From Eledone cirrhosa (Eukaryota): DNA of 64,000 bases. The translations under genes were made by a program, and so were the position numbers. The stretch spans positions 155,806,001-155,870,000 of the forward strand of contig OZ024740.1 of assembly GCA_964016885.1 (NCBI GenBank), in the 5' to 3' direction. Position 1 is the stretch's first letter. The number at the start of each line of letters is the position of its first letter. Positions 31,071 through 46,315 of this stretch are shown here, piece by piece. The notes beneath the pieces were generated by a model that saw nothing but the letters and a program-made list of their open reading frames with translations, was not told the origin of the DNA and made no database searches.

Positions 31071-34000
31071 TATTTGGCTCCCTCGGTTGAGCACTCTACT
31101 GACTTATATTCATCATGCAGAAACAACATCTGAATATTTCTACAAAGAACATACCCGTACCAAGCAGGAAAACATACCTAAAACTCCTGATACAGAAAAC
31201 AGACGCGTTCATTAAAAGGTTGCGTTGGCGTGCCTTTTATTTCGATAATCCGCGTAAAGCAGACAACAAACAGGATAAATTTGGATTTAAAACCTATAAT
31301 AAACCCCCGTGTAACCCAGCATTGCTACACTTCGAAAATGATGTCTTGGAACTCATTGGGAGTATCAAATTTCGGAATAGGAGCAATTTCTTCCAGCAAG
31401 ACCTGAAGAATAGAATTCGTTCTATTAAGGATTCTAATGCCGTGCACGTCCATTCCGACAAAACTGGCAACCTATATCAAGTAGAGCGCAGTACTTACCA
31501 TCAACTACTACATAATGCTGTAACTAAGGATTACCGTAAAACTAATCGGTGCGTCATCAATGAAATCAACGATGCTGGGTTTAAAATCACACCTGATCTC
31601 AACATCCTGGACCGGACCAAACCTCTGGACCTTATTTCTCCCCACTTTACCCTGAAGGATCAGAAATCCAATTTTCCGAACAACCCCTCTATTCGGCTTA
31701 TTAACCCTACGAAGTCCGATTTAGGTAGACTTAGTAAAACGATTCTTGATAGAATTATACCTGAAATTAGAAGTTTGGCCCCTCTTGCACCGTGGAACAA
31801 TTCTTTCGCGGTGATTGATTAGTTCAACGGCATATGTAACAAGGAACATTGCCGTTTTATCCAATTCGACATCAACAATTACTACTCTTCCATCACTTTA
31901 CCACTTCTCCTTAGAGCTATCAATTTCGCTAAAACACTCACAGTGGTTAAGGATTTCGAAGTTGATGTCATCCTCAATGCCCGAAAGCCGGTGATTAATT
32001 TCGACGACTCTATTTGGATTAAAAAATCCAATAGTACCCCATTCGGCCTTTTCCTTCTTTTCTCTATCAAGGACGAATTCCCCAACGCGGGCGGTGGTTT
32101 GTACCGTGACGATGGTCTTTTGACCATGACTAAGTGCGGACCTCGTGCTTGCGACAGGTTCAGAAAAGAACTCACAGCCTTCTTTAAAGGCTTCAACCTC
32201 TCTTTATAGGTTGAGGCCAATCTCTCGGTCATTAATTACCTCGACGTGACCCTCAATTTATTGAATGGGTTGTATTACCCGTATAGAAAGCCGAATGATA
32301 CGCTTAATTACATAAGTAAGCATTCCAACCATCCTGCCAGCATAACCAAGAACCTGGTAAGAAACGTTTCGTTGAGGCTTTCCCGTCTTTCCACTAACGA
32401 GCGTATTTTCAACGACCATTCCACTTATTACAATGAAGCTCTTGCTCGAAGTGGATTTGTCGATAAGGTAGCATATACAGAGTACGAAAATAGACCTAGA
32501 AGAAATAGATCCCGTCGCATTTGTTGGTATAACCCACCATATAATATGGAGGTGGCCACACCATTAGCGAAGTTCTTTCTTTCCCTTATTACGAAGCATT
32601 TTCCCCCTACACATAAATATAGTAAAATTTTTAATAGAAATATTATTAAAATTTCTTACTCTACGACTCCTAACCTTGCACATAACATCACAGCTTCAAA
32701 TTTAGCTAAACTACCTAGCCGTAGGAACACGTGCAACCCTGTAGTTAGTACTAACTGTAATTGTAGGAATCGGGTTGATTGCCCCCTATCCGGGAAATGC
32801 CTCTCTAGTAACATTGTCTACAAATGGAAGGTTGTAACACCCACGTCCCGTAGGGCCTACATAGGGTTAACCGCCAATAGATTCAAGCAGCGTCTTTACA
32901 TGCATACCCATTCTTTTCGTTACCCTCTAAGAAGGAATTTGACGTCACTTTCAGCTTATATCTGGAGTCTAAAAGACAACCACACCCAATATAAGTTACA
33001 CTGGGAGATCCTAGCTAGGGCTAGATCGTATAACGGAAATAAAAGACCATGTGACCTCTGCGCCGCTGAGGCCCTGGAAATACTCTACGCCACAGACCAC
33101 ATCTTAAACAAAAAATCTGAGGCAATTTCGGCTTGTAAACATAAGTTGCACAAAACTTTCCTGTATTACAGCCCCACATTATACCCTAACGGATAGTACG
33201 ATCTATACGTGGATATTTTACGTCTTGATGTGGGAGCTAAGTATATGTTTTGTTTATACAATTACTTATTTTCATAGGTAAGTATATATTACCCGTATGT
33301 TTGGTGAAGATACGTATACCTTCACGTACGTATATTTGATTGTTTATGTTATGGCGTATAATTTTATATATTCTGGTACATATGGTTTGGCTATGTGTAT
33401 ACGGGAGTTTTGCGTCTGTGTGAGTATGAGGTTCGTACGTATGTAGGGTGTGTGTATATGTGTACTTCATGTTTTGGTTGACTTACGTCTCCGAACATTC
33501 GTGTATTTGCATGTAGGTATGTGTGTGCGCTTGTTATATACGTATTTATTTATTTATATACGTTTATATAATTATTTATTTATTTTTATACACGCATACA
33601 CACACACACATTTTTATATGTGCGTGGTTTTGTATACATATGGTAAGTGTTTAGCGTATGCTTGTGTATGTACGTATTTGTTTGCGTGTATGTATTTATT
33701 TATTTATATTACTTCTGTATTGTATTTATTTACTTTGTTCTTAAGTCTGAAGCGGAGATTCATACGGTCTCCTAGTTAGAATTTTAGTCTACGACTTCTG
33801 CTATACCATTTACGTGGTTTTGTCTTTGCGTGATATTGTTCTCCACGCTCCACATATGACATATTATCTTCGTTTTTTTCGTTCATTGCCAGAGAACGTC
33901 TCTATGAACCACCTAAGAGAACATTAGTCTACGACCTCTTTTATACCATAAACGTGGTTCTGTCTTTGCGCGTAATTGTTTTTCACCGTCCCTATTAATG

Positions 34001-34289
34001 ACGTATTATATTCGTTTTTTCCCGTTCTTTGCCAGCGAACGTTTCCACGAACCAAAGTATCGTCTTCCTGTTTTCCTCCGGTTGCAACGTTTTTTGAAAT
34101 ATCCAGTTCTGCGTTTACAGATTGACTTTGTTAGTTTCAGAAGATCCCGTTAAGGGTGAAAGCAGCGATTCTTTGCTTAAACTTTAATCTGTTATTTAAT
34201 AAATATTTGCTCTACGATTCTTATATATTTGATATATATTTATCCTTATCGAGCCCGCTTTGGATTTTAGTCTTCAAATTTATTATTAT

Positions 34290-34292
<3 letters not shown>
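31071..34292 (+). mobile_element. PLE-5, YRDD/Hydra-type, near full length, ORF 31115-33196 disabled
   Basis: ORF pieces 31115-31822, 31943-32209 and 32246-33196 lie in one frame with two TAG stops. Motifs HSDKTGN, GLYRDDGL, CNCRNRVDCPL, YIGLT. The motif B' region is deleted in frame. Confidence 0.9.
34133..34183 (+). ncRNA. Variant hammerhead (CAGAAGA core, U4A) in PLE-5 pLTR
   Basis: agttt-CAGAAGA-tccc..gggt-GAAA-gca..tgc-TT-aaact. Identical copy at 46335-46385 (minus). Confidence 0.62.
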
Positions 34293-34372
<80 letters not shown>

Positions 34373-34398
34373 CATACATATATATATATATATAAATA

Positions 34399-34622
<224 letters not shown>

Positions 34623-34623
34623 C

Positions 34624-34670
<47 letters not shown>

Positions 34671-34689
34671 CATATATATATATGTACAC

Positions 34690-34736
<47 letters not shown>

Positions 34737-34859
34737 TATATACACACATATATATATATACATATATATATATACACATATATATATATATACATATATA
34801 TATATACATTTATATATATATATACATATATATAAAGATACATATATATATATATATGT

Positions 34860-37450
34860 AATGGAGAGATAGCATGCTTTCCAACAGACAAGTCTGGCAG
34901 AATGTCGGTTGACAGCCTGCCAAACTACATCCAGGCAATGCAACCCCACATCACCAACACAAGAGAGGTAACACCACAGGAGCATGAGGATAGAGAAAAA
35001 GCCCTCAATGCCCATATGGTGATGTGGACGAATATAATGCAGCCCAACAAAAGGACTGCCAACAACTTCCAGGCCTGGAACAATGACGTGCCGGCGTTGT
35101 ATGGGTTTCGAAAAGACCATAAAACGGGCAGTGACCCTGTCACGGGACCACCAACACGGCCAGTCTGTGGAGCTAACATTGCTAGTAACTACAGACTGTC
35201 ATACTTCCTCTCCCTGATCATACGCCCCATCATTGAAATGTCCCCAGATGTATGTGACAGCACGGAGGACCTCCTCAGCAGAATCGGCGTGAGTAACCGA
35301 TCTAGGGACCTAACAAACTGCATAATAGGTAGTATGGATGTTGTGTCCCTGTATCCATCTATTGACGTGGATTTTGCTGTGGAGAAATGCGTAGAAATGA
35401 TCAGTGAGAGCAATGTTGAGTTCCGTGGGATTGATACCAGTGAGCTGGGACTCCTACTTAAACTTACCTATAGTAATAATTACCTAGACACATATGACCT
35501 TAGCAACCTGTGCCCTACAAGACCAGCAAGAGGCAGACCACCTACCATTACCTCAATGGCCAAGAAAACCCACACAGATAGATGGAACGGGTGGACCAGA
35601 GCCATACGGACACCCGAAAACCACGATGAACTGAAGAAAATGATTGCACATGCGGTAGGGGCCAGCATAAAACTAACCCTTAAGGAACATATGTTTAAAT
35701 TTAATGGAAAAACATATGCCCAAGAGGAAGGAGCAGCCATTGGTGTTAGCATTGCAGGCGACATAGCTAACTTATTCATGGTATGGTGGGACAGTAGACT
35801 TAAACTTAAACTTAAAGAACAATTAGAAGCCCCCTTAACCCTGATAATGTACTCCCGCTACGTTGATGATATAAACATCGTAGTTAAGACACCCCCTCTA
35901 GAGAACAGTCAGGAACTAGAGAAAAACACAATGGAAAGCATCCAGCAAATAGCAAACTCCATCCACCAGAGCATTAGAGTTACTATAGACTACCCAAGTA
36001 AACACCCCAACCATCGATTACCTGTACTAGACACAGAGCTCTAGTTAGATACCATTAACAACAAAAAACAAATCCTTCATTCCCATTATGCCAAACCCAT
36101 GACTTCCAAACATCTGATCCACCGAAACTCGGCCGTTTCGGACCATACCAAAATCAACATACTGATTGCGGATTTGGTACGGGTGATGAGAAACGTGTTC
36201 CGCATGTGCAACCCCGAAGAACTAGAGAGACACATACAACACTTCATCCACCGTATGCAGTTCTCTGGCTACAACCAGAGAGATAAAATCAGAGTGTATA
36301 GAGGAGCCAGAACCAAATGGGAAAAAATGGTAAATAATGACATAAATGGGACCTGCCCCTTGTATAGAAGCACATTTTGGAATAGAATAGAAAGAACTAG
36401 GAACAAGGCTAAGAGAATAAACTCATGGTATGATAGCAATCAATACCAGAGTGTAATGTTCATCGATACAACCCCTAGAGGGGAATTAGCTTACAAATTT
36501 AGAAGGGCCCTAAACAAACATAAACTCAATATTAAGATAGTAGAAAGACAGGTACCTCCATAAAAACACTTATTAGCAAGACATACCCTTTTCAAAGACC
36601 CTCATGTATAGATAAGAAATGTATAACCTGTAAAATAAGCCCCCATATTAACTGCAAAACTAGAAATGTAGTGTATAGCATAAGATGTACTGAAGGACAA
36701 TGTAGAGACAAAAATATAGTGTACATAGGTGAGACAGCTCGTAGTGTAGGAGAACGGATAAATGAACACTGGCGAGACCTTCAAGATAGTAAAGAATCAT
36801 CTGTACTCTACCAACATGCTAAAATAGAACACAAGGGTAAATTAGAGAACATAGAAATAAAAATAGAATCTACACACAGAAAAGACGCAATGTTTAGACA
36901 AATTACAGAGGCAATAAACATAAAAGAATTACAACCAAAATTAAATAGAAAATATGAGTGGAACAGCAACATCACAACTTACAATTAAGGACAAAATGAA
37001 AACACACACACACTTAGAACAAACAACCAACCAGTAACATGTAAATAAACAAATAAATAAATGAACATAAACACACACAGACACCGGATGTGGCGCATGC
37101 GCAGACTGAGCACACAACACACACACAGAAACAAAATGGCGTAGGACAGAACAAAGGAGAGGCACAGAAACAAAGAAAGGAATCCCCGGTCACTGAAGAG
37201 GTCACAGAGTGTGTGACGAAAGAACTATGACAATATATAAACAACTATCTGGTTGTGGAACCAACCAACCAACCAACCAGAAATTTATAAATTTATAAAT
37301 TTATTATAAATTTATTATAATAAATTGAAGTGAAAGCAACTGGTGCGTGTGTTTCTTATTGGCAACATGACCCTCCCTAAGTATAACAATATCGGTTTCA
37401 ACACACGATTTCAGATAAAGAATCTTGCTAAACAAATTCAGAAACGAAAT
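34860..37450 (+). mobile_element. PLE-6, 5'-truncated PLE (YVDD, Neptune-like EN) with long insert between RT motifs A and B'
   Basis: [45 protein letters not shown]; CxxxxCxxC, VVYSIRC..YIGET, PKLN. Stop at 36042 and a frameshift near 36555. Probable next ORF start MTLPK at 37367. Confidence 0.88.
37189..37231 (+). ncRNA. Minimal hammerhead in PLE-6 pLTR
   Basis: gtca-CTGAAGA-g-gtcaca-gagtg-tgtgac-GAAA-gaac-TA-tgac. Confidence 0.78.
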
Positions 37451-37514
37451 ATATATATACATTTATATATATATACAGATATATATATATACATATATAT
37501 ACACACACACACAC

Positions 37515-37763
<249 letters not shown>

Positions 37764-37882
37764 AATTAATAAAAATAATGAATAAAAACAAAGAAACAGT
37801 TCCTATATTAAATATGTATATATATGTATATATATATATATATGTATATATATGTATATATATATATGTATATATATATATG

Positions 37883-37987
<105 letters not shown>

Positions 37988-37996
37988 GTATATATA

Positions 37997-38029
<33 letters not shown>

Positions 38030-38427
38030 ATATATAAATATGTATATATATATATATGTATATATATATGTAAATATCTATATATGTATATATATATATA
38101 TGTGAGGATTGAATTCCAACCGTGACCATGTCCACTGAAAGGTTTCATGAAATAGTCTTTAAGACTCTACAGAGCCTTTGAAGTTTTTCCAAATTGAAGG
38201 ATGAGTATTTTAAACTTTATTTTATCATGAGTTAAGGCTCTATTGATTTTTCCCTGGATTTCACTAAATTCTCTGTATGAATTTATATCCTGATTCTCTT
38301 TGAGATGAGTTTGAATTATTTTTCCCACATCTTACGTTAACTATTTTTCCCATTTTGACGCTATAGTCACTTATATATTATGGAGTGCTGTTGGCTTTTC
38401 GCAGCAGTGTTTTCTATACCTTTCATT

Positions 38428-38864
<437 letters not shown>

Positions 38865-38882
38865 ATATATATATATATATGA

Positions 38883-38946
<64 letters not shown>

Positions 38947-39067
38947 GTATATATATATGTATATATATATGTATATATATATGTATATATATATGTATAT
39001 ATATATATATGTATATATATAAATGTATATATATATATGTATATATATATATATGTATATATATATG

Positions 39068-39141
<74 letters not shown>

Positions 39142-39159
39142 TATATATGTATATATATG

Positions 39160-39210
<51 letters not shown>

Positions 39211-39272
39211 GTATATATATACATATATATATGTATATATATATATGTATATATATATGTATATATATATGG

Positions 39273-39320
<48 letters not shown>

Positions 39321-39335
39321 GTATATATATATATG

Positions 39336-39366
<31 letters not shown>

Positions 39367-39387
39367 GTATATGTATATATATATATG

Positions 39388-39450
<63 letters not shown>

Positions 39451-39531
39451 GTATATATATATATGTATATATATATATGTATATATATATATCTATATAT
39501 ATATATTTATATATATATGTATATGTATATG

Positions 39532-39563
<32 letters not shown>

Positions 39564-39647
39564 TACGTATATGTATATATATATATGTATATATATGTAT
39601 ATATATATATATGTATGTATATATATATGTATATATATATGTATATG

Positions 39648-39679
<32 letters not shown>

Positions 39680-39687
39680 TGTATATG

Positions 39688-39719
<32 letters not shown>

Positions 39720-39763
39720 TATGTATATAAATATATGTATATATATGTATATATATGTATATG

Positions 39764-39813
<50 letters not shown>

Positions 39814-39823
39814 TATGTATATA

Positions 39824-40023
39824 TAACGAAGGAAATGTGGTAAGGAACCAGGTGGACCATAACGCACCAAAGTACTCAATACTTGAGGTAGTAGAGTGGA
39901 TAATAGGAACCAGTAAGACCCCGACAGCTGAGCTCAAGCCGTTTCGACGGCTAATTCTGGACTCCAGAATTAGCCGTCGAAACGGCTTGAGCTCAGCTGT
40001 CGGGGTCTGACTGGTTCCTATTA
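39824..40023. mobile_element. PLE-3-family pLTR fragment forming a near-perfect 61-bp-arm hairpin
   Basis: 39901-39961 is the reverse complement of 39963-40023. Contains only the 3' half of the variant HHR. Confidence 0.85.
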
Positions 40024-40027
40024 TATG

Positions 40028-40074
<47 letters not shown>

Positions 40075-40101
40075 GCATATGTATATATATATATGCATAT
40101 G

Positions 40102-40166
<65 letters not shown>

Positions 40167-40233
40167 GTATGTATATATATATGTATGTATATATATATGT
40201 ATATATATATATATATGTATATATATATGTATA

Positions 40234-40303
<70 letters not shown>

Positions 40304-40315
40304 TGTATATATATG

Positions 40316-40384
<69 letters not shown>

Positions 40385-40444
40385 GTATGTATATATGTAT
40401 GTATATATATAATGTATGTATATATATATGTATGTATATATATG

Positions 40445-41050
40445 TCAGGTCACCAGTTGGTGCTACTGGTAACATGTATCCCAGTACAACCTGTCTCATG
40501 GTCGGGTCGTTGGCGACTAAACTGGCAACGCCACCAACGTTTCTTGGTGAGGAGGGTGACTTTGGACATCCTGCAGGACTAAAAATAAAACCTGTCAAAG
40601 GGCAAAGGAGCTCTTAAGCGTCAATGGCAATCCAAAATCACCGGGAGAGATGACCCCTTAGCCTTTGTCAAGGCAGAATTCTATGAGAAGGAAAACTGAT
40701 ATAACACATGCAACTCTGATGGTATCCATTGATGTTGATTTGTTCTTCTTTTTGGTAAATATCATCTTGGTTAAGAGAGTGGGACTGGCTTTGTGCAGTA
40801 CCTTTGCTCACTATAAAAGCTTCACAGCACAGGCATTTCTTTATATCTGGAGATCTCTCTGCACTTGTCATCACATGGTACCATGGGCCCAGCACCATGT
40901 GTCAATAATTGTCACAAGTGTAGTGTTTGTACCAGAGTTTTCAAGTCGCTGGCTGGACTAGAAAGTCAAACTTGGTCAGCGCATCGGTAGGGGTTCTCCT
41001 ACATGGATATAAAGTAGTGGCCGTACTCGAAAACGAGTTGGCAGCGACCA
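40445..41050. other. Unassigned unique insert between microsatellites (first half possibly a LINE 5' UTR)
   Basis: Mid-GC island with no recognisable ORF or HHR. Only a vague resemblance to RTE 5' UTRs. Confidence 0.3.
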
Positions 41051-41322
41051 TGTATATATATATATATGTATGTATATATATATATGTAAGTATATATATA
41101 TGTATGTATATATATATGTATGTATATATATATATATGTATGTATATATATATGTATGTATATATATATGTATGTATATATATATATATATGTATGTATA
41201 TATATATGTATGTATATATGTATGTATGTATATATATATATGTATGTATATATATATGTATATATATATGTATGTATATATATATGTATGTATATATATA
41301 TGTATGTATATAGATATATATG

Positions 41323-41376
<54 letters not shown>

Positions 41377-41392
41377 TATATGTATATATATG

Positions 41393-44300
41393 CAAAAGTT
41401 TTATTTAAAATTGTTGGGTTACAACGAGTAAATATTTTATAACTGATATAAATCACTCAACAAGTTTTGGAGTAGATATACGATATTAAACAAATGGAAA
41501 CTATATTTATAAAACCATATTTATTTCATTATACATATTTCAGGGATACCATATTAAAAATATGGCATGCCTTCTTCAGATAAAATACAATATATAAGCA
41601 GTTTTATAAATAAATTTGACGTACCATAAATATTGATCAACTTCCATTTAAGAAGTTGGTTTGGTAGTGAAATATTTAGTGTTAAGCACAGTTAGAAAGA
41701 AAGACGGAGAAAAGGAAGAAATGTATGTAAAGAAAAACAGAGAGAGATAGAGAGAGATATGGGAGAGAGAAATAGTGAGGAGGTGAAAAATGAGAGGCAG
41801 CTGAGGCAACAGATGAATAATAATAATTCATCATACAAATTGAGAGATTTAGGAGGGAGGGAGTACTGTAATTATTTATTTATTTATTTATTTAGTTATA
41901 GTGTTAAGGAGACGGAGAGAAATAAAAAATAAATAAAGAGAAAACAGAGAGGTAGAGAAAGATAGAGGTGGGGGGAAAAAGAGGTAGACCGAATAATAAT
42001 AATTATACATGGGGAGGTGAGAGAAATAGGAGAGAGGTAAGAGAGAAAACAATATAGAGGCTCGAGAGGTAAAGTTAAAGTAGCCGATACTTAAAACTCA
42101 TCATGTATAGAGGGAGGAGAAGAAAGAGCTATATCCAGAGAGAAGGATGACAGATTTACAACTTTACGTTATGTCTTATCAATTTGAATTATCAATTCAT
42201 ATGCATTGGGTATTATAATGTAAATATCAATATTCATGAATGAGACATAGATATATAATGTGTGAAAAATAATGACCATATGTTTAGTTTAAAAATTCTT
42301 AGGTCGATATACCAAAAACTGAGATAAAACTTCAAAAAATACGGAAATACATAAGTATATATGTACTTTCCGGAAAAAAGAAAGAAAGAGAAGAATAGAA
42401 GGTCATCTCAAGTTCTAGTTGACACTATAGACATACACGTGAATTTACGTGATCAGCTCTGTAATTTCTTATTTCACATGAAAAAATTTTCCCCAGCGTT
42501 ATAAAAGATTTTTATATATATATATATACATACATACATATACATAAAAATATATATTAATATTAATATTCCTGCCCTCACATACATGATTATCGTTCAT
42601 GTATAGAATATTATGCATATCTGTAACATATCCAGAACCATATCCACACATACATATATATATATATGCGTGCGCACACACATGTACATGTACAGATAGA
42701 ATAAACAGACAAAATAGAATATACTATGTAATCATTCCATATTCATATTAATACATATGGCCTCTGCACAGAGACAACAGATATTAATATATCAAAACGC
42801 TAAGAATACTTTCATCACTCCCTAGAGTATCTAGGGCCGTAAAAAACACAGTATGCCCCCCATATCAACCACAGAAATCAACCCTTCCAATTTATCTGAC
42901 AATATATTGCCAAGTTCATTAGCAGCAATCAGAATCAAAAAGCAAACAAAAAACGAAAATTATTCAACAAAACTTATTTAGCAGAAATCATTTAAAAGAT
43001 TTAGGAGACCCTGTTGTTCTACAGATGCTCTTATATTTAGTATAGAAGTTTATTTAGCGTAAAATTTATTCAATAGATTGGGAGCATCAACATTTTAGGG
43101 TAGTTTAATTACATCATTAGTATATATTTATGAAGAAGGTTTAAAAAAGAAAAAGTTGAAGGAATCAAAAGATTTATCGTCAGGTTTCATAATTAATTAA
43201 ATAACTTAACTAAATATACTACATTTTAAATTTATATTTATATTTAAATTTTGAGTTCAATCTATGCCTGCAGCAACTGAATAAATTGCTCCTTAAATTA
43301 AGGGAATTTTTAGATTTTAATATAAAGAATATCTCCTCCACGCAGAGGTCACATGTCTGAGATGAGGAATTAAAAGGAATCCCTCTTGAGACTATATTCC
43401 AAAACATCGAATATCCAACCTTATCATGTTTAAGTTGCCAGAGTAAGCCTGATAGTGAAGTTGAAGATTTTTTGTTTGGATCTGTGAAAGAATTCTTATG
43501 ATTATTATAGCGAAGTTTAAATTCTGTCGAGGTGGAACCAACATAGTTAAAAGAATTTAAGTCAGTTTTAACATTACAATTGTATATTATATTTTTAACT
43601 AAGCAATTGTTATTTAACGGACATTTAGATTTATTTCTACAGTTACAGTTGTTTAATTGAATATTGTTTAGGCTATTATCGGTATTTTGGGTAGGTTTTA
43701 GATTCCTATTATTTATTCTGTTAATATTTTGTGCTAAATTTTTGGTGGACGAGTAAGTTAATTTTATAGTATGTCTATTAAAACTTGAGTGATATTTATG
43801 TGTTCTAGGGAAGCGTTTGTCAAGAGCATTAAAAAATAGTTTAGCAATGTGGGTTTTAATATTTAGTGAGAAGGGGGGGGGGGGGGGGCAAACCATATTA
43901 TATTTCTAGTTCTATTTCTTTTCTGGCTTTTGGAATTATTGTAATGCTTTCTATTATAGTTGTTAAAGTTGTTACCGTAATTAAAATTGTTGTTATTTTG
44001 GTTAGTTTGCCTATTATTATCGATGTACATAATTTTATCACTATATCCTGCTGTAGCTAACGCTTCATTGTAATACTGCGCTTTTTCGTCGAAAATATTT
44101 TTATTAGATGAAATTCTTGAGATACGTTCTTGAACAGAGTTCACTATAGTATTTTTAACAGATCTGGGGTGATTAGAGTTAAATTAGAATTTAAACTTCG
44201 CTATAATAATCATAAGAATTCTTTCACAGATCCAAACAAAAAATCTTCAACTTCACTATCAGGCTTACTCTGGCAACTTAAACATGATAAGGTTGGATAT

Positions 44301-44832
44301 TCGATGTTTTGGAATATAGTCTCAAGAGGGATTCCTTTTAATTCCTCATCTCAGACATGTGACCTCTGCGTGGAGGAGATATTCTTTATATTAAAATCTA
44401 AAAATTCCCTTAATTTAAGGAGCAATTTATTCAGTTGCTGCAGACATACTCCCTCCCTCCCAAATCTCTCAATTTGTATGATGAATTATTATTATTCATC
44501 TGTTGCCTCAGCTGCCTCTCATTTTTCACCTCCTCACTATTTCTCTCTCCCATATCTCTCTCTATCTCTCTCTGTTTTTCTTTACATACATTTCTTCCTT
44601 TTCTCCGTCTTTCTTTCTAACTGTGCTTAACACTAAATATTTCACTACCAAACCAACTTCTTAAATGGAAGTTGATCAATATTTATGGTACGTCAAATTT
44701 ATTTATAAAACTGCTTATATATTGTATTTTATCTGAAGAAGGCATGCCATATTTTTAATATGGTATCCCTGAAATATGTATAATGAAATAAATATGGTTT
44801 TATAAATATAGTTTCCATTTGTTTAATATCGT
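41393..44832 (-). mobile_element. PLE-7, relative of PLE-1 (truncated RT-thumb/GIY-YIG at 43219-44185) with composite inverted segment
   Basis: Protein is closely similar to the PLE-1 C-terminus. HHRs at 41522-41587 (minus) and 44725-44790 (plus). Confidence 0.9.
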
Positions 44833-44893
44833 ATGTATATATATATATATGTATATAGATATATATGTACGTATATATATATATATATCTATG

Positions 44894-44927
<34 letters not shown>

Positions 44928-44933
44928 TGTATG

Positions 44934-44968
<35 letters not shown>

Positions 44969-44993
44969 GTACGTATATATATATATATGTATG

Positions 44994-45026
<33 letters not shown>

Positions 45027-45031
45027 GTACG

Positions 45032-45062
<31 letters not shown>

Positions 45063-45074
45063 GTATATATATAT

Positions 45075-45680
45075 AAACGGAAAAAATGAAACGAAATTTC
45101 ATTTCCCACTCTTAGTACGGCTGTTACTTAAATATAAGTATGTACACGTACATACATATATGTATACAGACGTACAGTAGTATGTATATATATATACATA
45201 CATGCACACATATATATATATGTACGTATGGATTCACCGAACATTTATTATAATGCTCGGTGTGTTTGTAAACAAACATCCCGTATTAAGCCGTAGTGTC
45301 TAGCAACCATCGTTGCGCGTTTGTTCATCACTGACAAAGGAACGCTGTACTAGTTTCAAGCTTATTAGCTATCGTCAGCAACGTATACCTTCCTGCCAGA
45401 TGCTTGAACGTCCGAAAGTATATACTTTCCTTATGCATATTAACGGCTAAGTAGCCCAATTTGCATATCGAGTGGGTTCCTTTGTCAGTGTTGAACAAAC
45501 GAGCAACGGTGGTTGCTAGACACTACGGCTTAATACGGGTTGTTTGTTTACAAACACACCGAGCACTATAATAAATGTTCGGGAATCCTTACGTACATAT
45601 ATATATATGTGCATGTATGTATATATATATACATACTACTGTACGTCTGTATACATATATGTATGTACGTATACATACTT
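45075..45680 (-). mobile_element. Retrozyme-like family D unit with inverted segment 45476-45680
   Basis: HHR at 45342-45384 (minus): acgttg-CTGACGA-tagct-aata-agctt-GAAA-ctag-TA-cagcgt. Distant resemblance to family A. Confidence 0.8.
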
Positions 45681-45959
45681 ATATATATATACACACATAT
45701 ATATATATACATATATATATATATACATATACATATATATATACACACATATATATATACATATATATATATTTATATACATATATATATATATATATAC
45801 ACACATATATATATATATACATATATATACATATACATATATATATACACACATATATATATACACACATATATATTTATATACATATATATACATATAT
45901 ATATAAATATACATACATATACATATATATATACATATACACACATATATATATATACA

Positions 45960-45997
<38 letters not shown>

Positions 45998-46003
45998 ACA
46001 TAC

Positions 46004-46038
<35 letters not shown>

Positions 46039-46155
46039 CATACATATATATATATATATACATACATATATATATATATATAAATATATATTTATATATA
46101 TACATATATATCTATATACATATATATCTATATACATATATATATATACATATAC

Positions 46156-46218
<63 letters not shown>

Positions 46219-46260
46219 CGTATATATATATACATATGTATACATATGTATATACATACA

Positions 46261-46291
<31 letters not shown>

Positions 46292-46315
46292 GCATATATA
46301 TATATATATATATAT

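Larger units (their letters stand above)
38865..41392. repeat. Long (TA)n/(TATG)n microsatellite fields (representative; more than 25 similar tracts across the window)
   Basis: Read directly. Other tracts include 8157-8508, 16436-16988, 28209-28640, 34293-34858, 37450-38100, 45680-46315, 56390-57167 and 60648-61395. Confidence 0.97.

Noticed and set aside
38102-38410. Short unique island with a ~55-codon open stretch on the minus strand
   Set aside because: No recognisable motif; too short to assign.
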